In this document: positions 12,740 through 22,803 of the stretch, piece after piece | Layout of the letters: every line of letters begins with the position of its first letter | Numbering within the stretch: the stretch's first letter is position 1 | From: Vitrella brassicaformis CCMP3155 | Taxonomy: Eukaryota; Protista; Chromerida | Assembly: GCA_001179505.1 (NCBI GenBank) | Contig: CDMY01000104.1 | Coordinates: forward strand, 127,230-190,998 | DNA: 63,769 nucleotides | Direction of reading: 5' to 3' | Notes under the pieces: model-generated | What the model saw: the letters and a program-made list of their open reading frames with translations, nothing else | What the model was told of the DNA's origin: nothing | Databases searched by the model: none | Made by a program: the position numbers and the translations under genes

Positions 12740-14050
12740 ATGGACCCCATCGAGGACAAGAGCATCATTTGGCCGCAGCCGTACAAACCCGCTCTGCGAG
12801 GTGGGTATCAGTCACTCATTTGTCTGTGTGGATTCACGTCTGTCTGTGTGCTGCAGGGCTCCCTGCTGCGGCAGCTCCCCACCCTGAGGCTGCCCCTCAC
12901 CCTGGTCATCAGCCGAACGTAGAGGACCAGTTCATCATCGAGATAGAAGACGATGACGTGGGAGAGCAGCAGCAGCATCACGACGACGCCCATGCGGCCA
13001 ATGCCGCCGCTGGGGCTGCTGCTCAACGTGAAGAAGACCAAGGCCAACGCGAGCAGCAGGACTATCAGCGGGCGGGTGCAGCCGGGGAATTTGAGGACTC
13101 TGAGAAGACCGAGTCTCAGAGTCAGGGGAGCGGCGAGATGGAGCGGATTGGCAGGGGCAAGGGCGAGGACAAGGGAGCGGTTTCCATGAGTGAGAGTGAA
13201 GGTCAGGAAGAGGATTCTGAATCGGACGGTGACGATGGCGCTGATGAGTACATCGACGAACAGAATTTTGACGAGGGTGAGATGCGGCATGCACGATGGC
13301 GGTCGCTGGATGTTTCCATTGCAGTAGTGTTTCTGTGTTTCTGTGTGTCTGTGTGTGTGCCAGAGGATGTTCCGAGGCCAGATGACACGCCAAAGAGGCG
13401 TCTATTCGTTCCCGAGATGAAGGACGTCCCCCCTCTCACTGACGAGGCCTACGGGGCCCTCCCTCAACGTATGCAACGACTAACAAAAGACAGACACCAC
13501 ACCAAATCACGGCTGACACTGATGTTGCTGCCCTCGGTCAGTGCTCGACCGCCTCAACGAGAGCCTCGTCGCCGAGTACCTCATGGGCAAGGACACCCTG
13601 GCCCCGCCGCTGCCCACACGGCAACACACCACCGGCATCAAATGGAAGCCGCGGCAAACCGCGTTCGGCAAGCCCAGAAACCCTGGGAGCTGGGCGTGGT
13701 CGCTGCCCAAGTCGCTGCGGGCCGAGCGCGAGCCGACCAACACGCTCAAGGAGAGAGGGACCGTGAAGGTCAAGTGCCGCACCGCCGAGGCCATCAGGGA
13801 GGGATTGCGGCTGGCGGTGAAGAGAAGGGACGAGATGCTCGAGAGACACAAGCAGCGGAAGCAGCAGCAGCAGCAGCAGATGAAGGAGGAAGTGAAGCAG
13901 GAAATCAAGAGGGAGAGGGAGAGAGAGGAGGGCAGCAGCAGAGACAGTGCCCCTGCTGCTGCCGCCGCCGCCGGTGATGGTGGACGTGCGAATAAGCGGC
14001 GCAGACAGGATGAGGATGAGGTCGGAGAGACGGGGATGGAGAGTGACTAA
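12740..14050 (+). CDS. Acidic/low-complexity protein with a candidate divergent AP2-like DNA-binding domain near the C-terminus; about 4 exons
   Basis: Spliced MDPIEDKSIIWPQPYKPALR|GLPAAAAP...QNFDE|EDVPRPDD...GALPQ|VLDRLNES...MESD*. The segment GIKWKPRQ...GSWAWS...AIREGLRLAVKRRDEML resembles the ApiAP2 pattern. The gene call is firmer than the domain call. Confidence 0.6.
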
Positions 14051-15221
14051 CTGATCTCTGCCGCGGGCTGCCCTCATTTTTCGTGGCATATGAGCTCGTA
14101 TGTCTGTCTCGCTTTGAGGAATGGACGGACGGCTTGGGACGGTATGTGGTGTGTGGGGTGATGGCTGTATGGATGGATGTGCCGCAGTGTCTGTCGTATT
14201 GCGGCGAATGAGCCGCATGTAATGTATAGTATAGATAGGTGGGATAGTATAGAGATAGGTGGGATCGGCTGTCGTGCGTGTGTGTGTGGTGCCTCACGTT
14301 CGGGTGAGACTGAGGTAGTGCTGAAAAACTTTTGAGGTAACGGCCCGGTACGTACGAGGGAATGAGTGGTCTGGACGAACGGTCTGTCTGTCGCGGCACA
14401 CTTACGACACGACGTACACAATACTAGTACACACATTGGCCGGCCGTCCATCCATCCACACCGGCCGGTGTCTCCTTGCCGCTGTGCCGCCCTCATCCTT
14501 GCTTCACCTCCCTCAGCAGATCAGCCACGAACGGTGGAAGCAGCCACCGCCCACAGTCGATCCACTGAACGATTCTCAGCAAGAATGAGGCACTGCACTG
14601 CATGACAACATCCACCTCGTTGGCAGCAGAAGAACGGGATGGGAGGAGAAAAACATCACACACACATCTGTTTTGGGTGCGCGCTGTCTGGCTGTCCCAC
14701 TTCTATCAGCCGGCCTGACACCTTTGCTCATCAATGCCTCGACACATCGACGAACACAGGTGCACGTCGTGCAGACGAGATGGGAGCACCCAGACGCATG
14801 AACACCCAACATCAGATCACCCGACGGACAGGCAGACAAGCTCAGCCAGCCCCTCACTTTCACACGCCAGACACACACAACAGACAGACCACTGCGTACT
14901 CACCACCCACCATACGCACACGCACACGAGCAAAATCGCCCGTCGTGCACTGTGTTGTTGAAACACGCCTAGGCGGGTGAGTGTCCCCCCACCCTCCCTC
15001 CCAAGTTCCCTTCCCCATCCCTTGTGTGTGTGTGGTGGGAGGGGTGTGGTTACTCGAACACCCATCCGGGTACGACGTATGATCTGTTTGTGGCGGCCTT
15101 GGGCGTGTGGTAGGCGCCACGCATGTCGCCTACTATCAGATGCTCATACCTACAGACACACACATTACACAGCACACCAATGCGTGCCGGGCGGCCCCCC
15201 GCAGGTGATGCGGCTCTTTCC

Positions 15222-15708
15222 CTACTGTTTGTCGGTCAGCTCGCCCCGCTTCCACTTCTGTGTGCAGCAGAACTTGAACCACGGACCTGACACATACACA
15301 CAGGCAAACACACACACACGGCTCACTGCCTTGCACCCAGCCCTTGCTGCACTGTCTGTTGTGTGTGCCAGCCAGCTTCCCGACTCCGCCCACCAGGGTT
15401 GTTCGGCAGCATGGTGTACTCCGGTGGGTGGCACCACACCATGATCCAGCACTGATTGATGCCAACACACGCACACCACAGACAAACAGACAAACAGACA
15501 GATCACGCGACGAAGCCCCATCGTTGTGCTCTGCGCTGTTGCCGTCTTGGCTGCCGTGCTGTGCTGTGCTGTTGGTGTGCCGTTGGTGTGGCTTTGTCCT
15601 TACCCATCCCACCGTGAACCATCCGAGGCACCATCTGTTTTGGAAGACCACCTTGTCGCGGGTCAAGCCCGGAAAGTACTTCCAGAAGAAATCCGCCGGT
15701 AAGACCAT
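15222..15708 (-). CDS. Small (about 80 aa) single-TM protein, candidate NDUFA4/COXFA4-like mitochondrial complex IV subunit; 3 exons
   Basis: MVLPADFFWKYFPGLTRDKVVFQNRWCLGWFTVGW|CWIMVWCHPPEYTMLPNNP|GPWFKFCCTQKWKRGELTDKQ* through canonical GT-AG introns. The NNPxPWxK motif after the TM resembles NDUFA4 NNPEPWNK. An alternative second donor site gives a different C-terminus. Confidence 0.5.
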
Positions 15709-15771
15709 GGCGGCGGGCAACCTCCTCCCGCCTCTTTCTCCCTCTCTTCGCAAAGTGAGCGGTTTTATGGA

Positions 15772-15791
15772 AGCTCGCAAGCTAGGCTCGC
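15772..15791. promoter_or_regulatory. Candidate promoter palindrome, half-site overlapping a 13/15 copy
   Basis: AGCTCGCAAGCTAGGCTCGC between ATGs 15708(-) and 15915(+). Confidence 0.55.
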
Positions 15792-15914
15792 ACACGCGCC
15801 GGGGTGGATTCCGCTCCTCAGGTACGCAGCACCGACACCCGCCTCCACAGCACACACACATCCCCCACCACGAACCGTCTGTTTGTTGCTTGCTTCAGAA
15901 GTCTGCAGGTCGGT

Positions 15915-17638
15915 ATGTACGTCATCACACTGCCCGACACGGGAGGCGGGCCGATAGGTCCAGGGCCGCCGGGGATGCCCGGATCTCCCACGGCGGCGCA
16001 GAGGCAGCAGTCGGCACGATTCTGCGCGACGGTGATGCTGTTCATTTGTATCATGCTTCTGATGAGGATACAGCACGACCACTATGTCACAATGATTGAA
16101 AACAAGAAGAAAATGCCCAGGAAGGTAGGAGAGAGGGAGAGGGAGAGGGAGAGGAAGAGTGTGTGTGCATCCATTTGTGTGTGTGTGTGTGTGTGTGTGG
16201 TGCAGCATTATCCGTTTGACCTTGAGAGCTTCACCAAGGACCCGCACACCATCCTCGGCGCCATCCACCTGTCGCCCTCTCCCCCCTCGCCCTCCTCCTT
16301 CTTCCACTTCCCGCTCAACGCCACCCTCCACACAAAGCAGCGGCAGCACACAGCCACCCTCATCACCTCGCAGGTAGCTTCAGGCAGCCGCACATCCGTC
16401 GACGATTAGTCCATCCATGGACTGGAGGTGTGTGTGTGTTGGCTGTTGGCTCTTTTGGTGTGTGTGTGTGGCAGGCACACACGTCTTTCTTCAGCAACGC
16501 CGCCAATCCCAAGCAGGAGCAGTCGACCTACTTCTTCTCGCCGGCGGACAAGGGCGGCATGGACGACATGATCGCCCTGCAAGTCACCTACGAGAACGCC
16601 ATGTGTCATGACACAACGACTGCTGAGGAGCGGGAGGGCGAGGGGGAGGCCGTGTGCTATGTCGGCGTGCGGAGCGCCCCTGCTGACCAGTGCGACGCCT
16701 GCAAGAGCCAGAACCACAATCACACAGACAAAGAGAAAGGGGCTAGTGGTAGTGGTAGTGGCCCGCCGCTGCGCTGCCTCTCCGTCGTGAGCGCCACATC
16801 GTCTGTGAACGACCTGGCCGACGCCGGCCGGCAATCGAACCACACCTTCTGTGGCAGCCCAATAGACGGGCTGGTGGCCATCGACGCGAGAAGGAGGCGG
16901 GTGTTCTTTGTGGCGCCACACAAAGGGGGCGGGCGGACGTCTTTCTGCGTGCGTGTGTACTCCATGGATGACGATGGTGACAGAAGGGGGTCGGTCAGCG
17001 ATTGTCATGTGTTGGACATTCCTGAGCTGAGGACTCCCGTGCAGAGGGCGCCGGTCTATGTGGGTTATGTGGATGGGGGGCGGGTTGGGGGAGGCGGTGG
17101 CGGTGGGGGTGGGGCGCTGTGTGTGTATTACTATGTCGAGGGGTCGGTCTTGGGCAATGTGCTCGCTGTGGATATTCTCGATGTCGACAACAACATGGTA
17201 GACACAGACAGACGGAGGGAGGGAGTGCGAATGCATCGTCTCGCTTCTTTCATTTCCTTCAGGTGCGTCGCGCGCCGACCAAGAAGTTCTACACGCTCAC
17301 TTCTGGTGCGTCAGTCAGAGGCACCCAAACAAAACAAACGGGGTGGATACGTGTGTGTGACTGTGTGGTGTGGTGTGGTGCAGGCTGGCTGCTGTCGATA
17401 CAAGAGCGGCGGAAGCAGACTGGCGTGCCCATCCAGGAGAGGGGATACATCATGTTACTCGGTGAGAGAGAGACACCACCCACACACCTCACACACAGAC
17501 GCCGACCTGAGTGCGTGTGTGTGTGTAGGTGAGACTCCCCACCCCAACTTGCTTCATGTGCTCGATATGGGAAATCCTGACGGGGGGGTGGATCTGCACG
17601 TGTGGGATAACAAGGGGAACCACTACAGGCCGCCGTAG
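15915..17638 (+). CDS. Uncharacterised single-pass membrane protein with a Cys-containing ectodomain; multi-exon
   Basis: MYVITLPDTGGG...FCATVMLFICIMLLMRI (TM), then spliced exons HYPFDLESF..., AHTSFFSNAAN... (long exon in ORF 16430-17638) and terminal GETPHPNLLHVLDMG...HYRPP*. Confidence 0.65.
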
Positions 17639-17892
17639 TCGAGACCCGCCCTTACGATTCTATCTATTGTCGGCGACCTTCGTCCTGTGCTGCAGCACCA
17701 CTTGAATAGCACGCCTTAGCCACACAGACAGACAGACAGACAGAGATCCATGCCCATGGATGGGGCCCTGAGTGTTTGCGTGTACGGACGGCTGCTGACA
17801 GACAGACACACACACACACGCACACGTACACACACGGAGCGGACGACAGACACACGACAACGGCATTTTTCCGTTTGCTGAATAGCTATGTA

Positions 17893-19021
17893 CTACGGTC
17901 CTGGTGACAGGATCATCTTGGCATAGTATTTCTGCACCTCCTCGCTCTCAAAAGTCGCTCCGCCCTTCTTCCGCAGCAACCCCAGCCGCTGACCTTCCGA
18001 AGGGCTCTCGCCCACCAGCTCATAAGTGTTCGGCAAATGTGTCAATATGTCTTCCTGCATGGCAACCACACACACACACACACACTGTTCGTTCTGCATC
18101 TGTCGGTGCCTTAGGTGAGTCACCTTGAAGCGCTCAAAGTCATGGATAAGCACCTTCGTGTCGGCGTCAATGTACTTGAGGGCGTGCATCAGACACGCCA
18201 GCCGATACCGGCCGTCGACCAGCACAAAGTCGTAATGGGTCACTTTGGCAAGGGCAGCCACCGTGTCCATAACTTCAATGTACGAAGCCAAGAAGTACTT
18301 GAGGGCGTTCTCGGGGCTGTCCGCGGGGTAGCCAAACTGAGCTGTCGGCGCGTACCTACACACTCATCAACACACACACACACACACATGGAGAGAGAGA
18401 CAGAGAGAGAGAGAGAGGGATAGATAGAGAAAGAGGGAAAGAAACACGCCTGATACCGGTTTGCACATAAGTACACCAGCCTCCCAGCCGCCCTCAGCGT
18501 GTTCATAGCATCGGCGTATTTCCTCTCCATGTCGTCACACCACCTCGGCTGGTTCTCAATCGAATACAGCACATTCACGCGGCTACATGTGTGCCACACA
18601 AATCGTGTAAGAAAGAGCATTCAACCACCTTACGATGTATACGGTCCATTCACCTTGCGATAAAGAAGGTCGATCCACCAGAGCCCCACTCGAGTGCCAC
18701 CTGGCCGCTGTGGAGGGTCTGCAGGGTCTTCTCGAGGAATTCCAACTCGGCTGGCGGCATCATCGCCTTCATCGGCGGGTTTCTTCTTATCTCTGCAATC
18801 ATGGCGTCCTTCTCCGGCGGATTGTCCTCTTGATCTGGTGGATCTTGGTCTGGATCTGTGCTGCTGTTGCTCTTCCGGTTGATTCAGGGCAGCCGCCGTG
18901 TTGGTGGCTTTCCACCATGCGATAAGAGGCCGATTTGGAAGCACAGAATGCCCACGCCGATGCAGAGGACGAGAAATGCGGACAGCAGGGCGGGGGAGAG
19001 ACCCGAAACGGCTTCTTTCAT
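17893..19021 (-). CDS. Class I SAM-dependent methyltransferase-like protein with an N-terminal signal anchor; in-frame TGA at 18884-18886 (cryptic intron, premature stop or downstream start)
   Basis: LEWGSGGSTF (motif I), LYSIENQPRWC and DFVLVDGRYRLAC...VLIHDF. This is the pattern of secretory-pathway Methyltransf_24-like proteins. Confidence 0.75.
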
Positions 19022-19079
19022 GTGGCCGCAGGAGATCCTGGCATCTGTGTAAACGAGACGCGGAGCCCCCTCCCCCCCC

Positions 19080-19091
19080 GCTTAGTCTCGC
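19080..19091. promoter_or_regulatory. Degenerate promoter-motif variant
   Basis: GCTTAGTCTCGC (one-base insertion relative to GCTTAGCTCGC) between ATGs 19021(-) and 19092(+). Confidence 0.3.
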
Positions 19092-22000
19092 ATGCTGTCG
19101 CATGTTCGTCTGTTGGCGGCCCTCGCTGCCATAGTGTCGGCCGCCTTTTACCCACACAGACATCATGACACACCCACACAGAAGCTTCCGCCTGATACAC
19201 AGGGTAAAGAGAAAAGAACGTCTTCAAATGATGGCTTCAAGTTGTATTATGACGTTGGTTGCAGGGTCGTGTGCGATGCTGAACAGCAGCCTCAACGACA
19301 AGCAGACACGCAAATGCAAGTTGTGCAGAACCACCACTCACAAGGACCCGGAATGCACAGCGGTCAGACAGAGACACCGCCGCGTGTCAACACATCATAA
19401 TGTGTGCGGGTGTGTTTGCGTGTGTGTGTGTGTGTGTGTGCAGTTTGCGAGCAGGGGCCCGGCGTGCATCACGTGGTCCGAGCAGGGTCAGCACCTTTTC
19501 CGATGCACACCTGACGGCCAGATCGATGTCAGTACGTCTCTGGGCACACCACAGAGCTTCCTCCTTCCCTCTCCCTTCCCTGACTCATATATGTGAGATT
19601 TCTGTGCATTGGCAGAGAGAGGGGTATTACACCTTGGAGGCTGACCCTGAACCCCCCCAGCTATCACAAGATGAGAAGAAGAGAATGGACCTGCCGGAAA
19701 ATCTGCCCGCCCAAGCCGTGCAGGTGCGAAAGCACGCGGCCTATTGCTTGCATTCGCGCGTGTGCCTATTGCTTGCATTCGCGCGTGTGCGTGCATGTGT
19801 CCACAGGTGTCGCTCGGATCCACTGGCCTGCTAGGTGGTGAGGAGAAAAAGTGCCGCTTCGTGAGGAAAAAGTCGCCAGAATGTGACAAGAATGCCATCT
19901 GGAGATATTTTGACAACTTCCACAGGACGGCCGACAGTAAGCGGACAAAGCATCTAGCCAGCCATGCCGTGCCCACAACCATGTGTGCGGTGATGTGCAG
20001 GGCCAGAGGGTGGCTGCAAAATGCCTCTAACGGATGTCGAAGAGTGCCCGCAGGTGTGCCTGTACCACGACTTTCCCGACCCAATGCCGCGACTCTACGA
20101 ATGCGGCACAGATATGAAGCCCAGAGGGGTAAGCCGACCTAGCCGATATACATACCGAAAATTGGGTTATGGGTCTATCATGGAGCGAGAAACGTCCTTC
20201 GTGTGTTGATGTGTGCAGAGGGCCTCTCCGAAGACCCCGACGGCGAGCCGCGGCCTCCCTATTTACGTGTTGGCGACACTGGGGCTGCGGAGGAAGTATA
20301 CACAGAACTGCTTCTACGACGACACCCCTGCAAGCCCCATAGACACGTGCAGACAAGAGGACATAGACAAGCTGGCCAAACAAGAGTTGAGTAAGCCAGC
20401 CATCCGACATATATACATGGGCCAGACACACATAAACTGAGCATGTGCTGTGTCATTCAGCGTGCTCGCGCGGCTGGACAGCCACAAAAGCACCCTTTGA
20501 TGCTCTTGAAGACCCGTGTGCGTCAGTGACAGCGTGCAGGAATATCAATGGAAACCTCTTCGTATGCAGCGGCGCATCGACTACGGTATTGTGCATGTCG
20601 CCGCCACATTATCACAATGCACACCTCCACTCCGAGTGCATGGTTGGGCGCAGGGCTACCTCGACAGTGCCGACTTCGAGAAAGATGAGCGGGCATACGC
20701 TGCCGACGTGACCGTGGACATTCTAAAGGAGCAACATCAATGCTCCTTTGCAGACGTCACCCCTTGCCAGCAAGGACCACGCAAAGACGAAGGTCAATCC
20801 ACAAAGAGAGAGAGAGGCATATGATGTGTCACCCTCTGTCCATATCAGGTTGCAAGAGGTCGACTTCGGAATCAGATGCGTGTAACGATGTGACGGCGTG
20901 CTATGACCCACAAGGGGCCGCCAGCAAACAACCGGCGCTCGTCGTGTGCACTGGCAAGGACCTGGTGACAAAGAAAGCGCCTGTTGCTTGGTGGGCAGAT
21001 GATGGTTGTCGTGTTGCCATGCCGACTAACAGCGGCCCTTTGAAGTGGCGAGACTGGCAAGAATCGGTGAGGACCAATGGGCACTTCCCCAGGATTCGAA
21101 GGACGCCGGTTGCACGTTTGAGAGGCTGCCGCGGTGCCCGCACGTGCACGCCGAACGGCCTCCCGAACCACCACCCGAACAACCAGGCTGTAAGCGTGCG
21201 ACTGACGGAGACATCGAGTATCCGCAGATCGTTGTTTGTAGGGTGCACGAGCGGGTATGTGCCGAGCCTGCCAAGTCCGGAAATGGCGGGCGACCCTTGT
21301 GCATCGGTGACGGCATGTAAGACCCAAGGTGGCGAGCTATCGCTCTGCGGTGGCTCAATTGACCTGGTACAGATACTCCACGGCTCACATATACGGGAGT
21401 GACAATCGGATGTGCGTTCGAAGGGGACGGTGTGGGCCGAAGAGGTGGATTTTAAGCATGACCGGGCACTGGACATCTTCACCCTGATGGTTGAGTTGCC
21501 TTCCCGCGGTCGACATGAACTCAGGTAGGGAGAGACACAACACAATGCATGACCATTTTCTTACACAACTAAGTGGCTGGTCCCGTGTCATTGTTGTCGA
21601 AATGGATAGCGGGGAGACACACAGGTGCGCTTTCGAACACCCCCCGCCATGCCCAAGGGGCAGACCAAAGGAGCCACCTGGTCAGTCAGCAGCTGTTCTT
21701 CTTCGGTGTATACGTATGTATGTATGTCTACGTCTTGTTTGTTTCTTCAGCGTGCCGTGAGTCGAGCAATTGCAAAGGCACCAGGGCGTGTGTGCGGCCA
21801 CGCGGGAGCGAAGGGCCCGGCACACCGACAAACAGCACGCTCATGCTCTGCAAGGAGGACAAAGTGGGCCGTGTTCATTTCTTACCTCATCCGTACACAC
21901 AGAATGCTGCTGAATATTGGTTGGCTCACTTGGCTGGCAGGGCGAGGCGACTGAATTTGACGGCGCGTACACGGTCTTCCGACTCACATATAGATCGGAT

Positions 22001-22518
22001 ATGAACCACGCAATAGAAGGTGAGTGGCAACACGGGCACGAGAGACTGCACGCCTCTATGTATTAGATCATGCAGACTGGGCATACACCCTAGAGCAAGG
22101 CCCCAAGAGAGGCTGTTCCTTTTCGCGAGTGCCAAGATGCCCGCTGAAACTACTAGCATCTGAAGAAGAGGAAATAGAGCTATTGGGCCCTCCACCATTG
22201 CCCCTTCCCCCTCCCCCGCCCGTCCTTGGAGAAGAGAAGAAGAAACAAGTCCAAAAGCCCCCTTCTCCCACTTTCAAAACTCAAACATGGAGATTTGACG
22301 GTGGGAGAGGCCAAAGGAAGCCCCACCCCACGGCGCCCCCCGTGGCCGCCCCTGTGGTGAGTACAGAAGATAAGAATAGACAAGCGGAAGGGAAGCCAAT
22401 CGCTCCGCCAAGGAGGAAGAGGGAGGGGAGAGGGGAAAAGGCGCGGGATAGGCCGATGCCACTGCAGGGGAAGGAGAAGGAGATGAAGGTGGTGGAAGAG
22501 TTCCAGATTGAGCTATGA
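19092..22518 (+). CDS. Secreted cysteine-rich repeat protein with a Pro/Lys-rich C-terminal tail; many exons
   Basis: Signal peptide MLSHVRLLAALAAIVSAA. Recurrent modules DPCASVTAC...L.xC (twice), DACNDVTAC, SNCKGTRAC, and C.F.x.P.CP (CTFERLPRCP, CAFEHPPPCP, CSFSRVPRCP). Ends PPPLPLPPPPP...EEFQIEL*. Could be split into two genes. Confidence 0.6.
19740..19789. repeat. Perfect 25-bp tandem duplication within an intron
   Basis: cctattgcttgcattcgcgcgtgtg occurs twice, back to back. Confidence 0.9.
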
Positions 22519-22803
22519 AGTGGTGCTGACATTGCTGTAGGTTGGTGTTGGGATATTGGATCTGCGACTTCGTGTGTTTGTTTATAGTGTGGCGATGGCA
22601 GTAGGGGAATTCAGCACACGAGTGCAGTACATGTATAGAGACATATGTACGTGCATCGATAAAGAGCGAGAGCAGCCGACACGGAGAGGCATGGATCTGC
22701 ATGCTTCGATAAGCAGGGAGCACAGAGGCACGGATATCAGCACGATCCCTCCACATGCATTATCGTATATATGTGCAAAGGAGAGACACCACACCACCAC
22801 TTT

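Noticed and set aside
14051-15221. Short ORFs between the AP2-like and NDUFA4-like genes
   Set aside because: Repeat-derived peptides with no coherent exon chain or domain.
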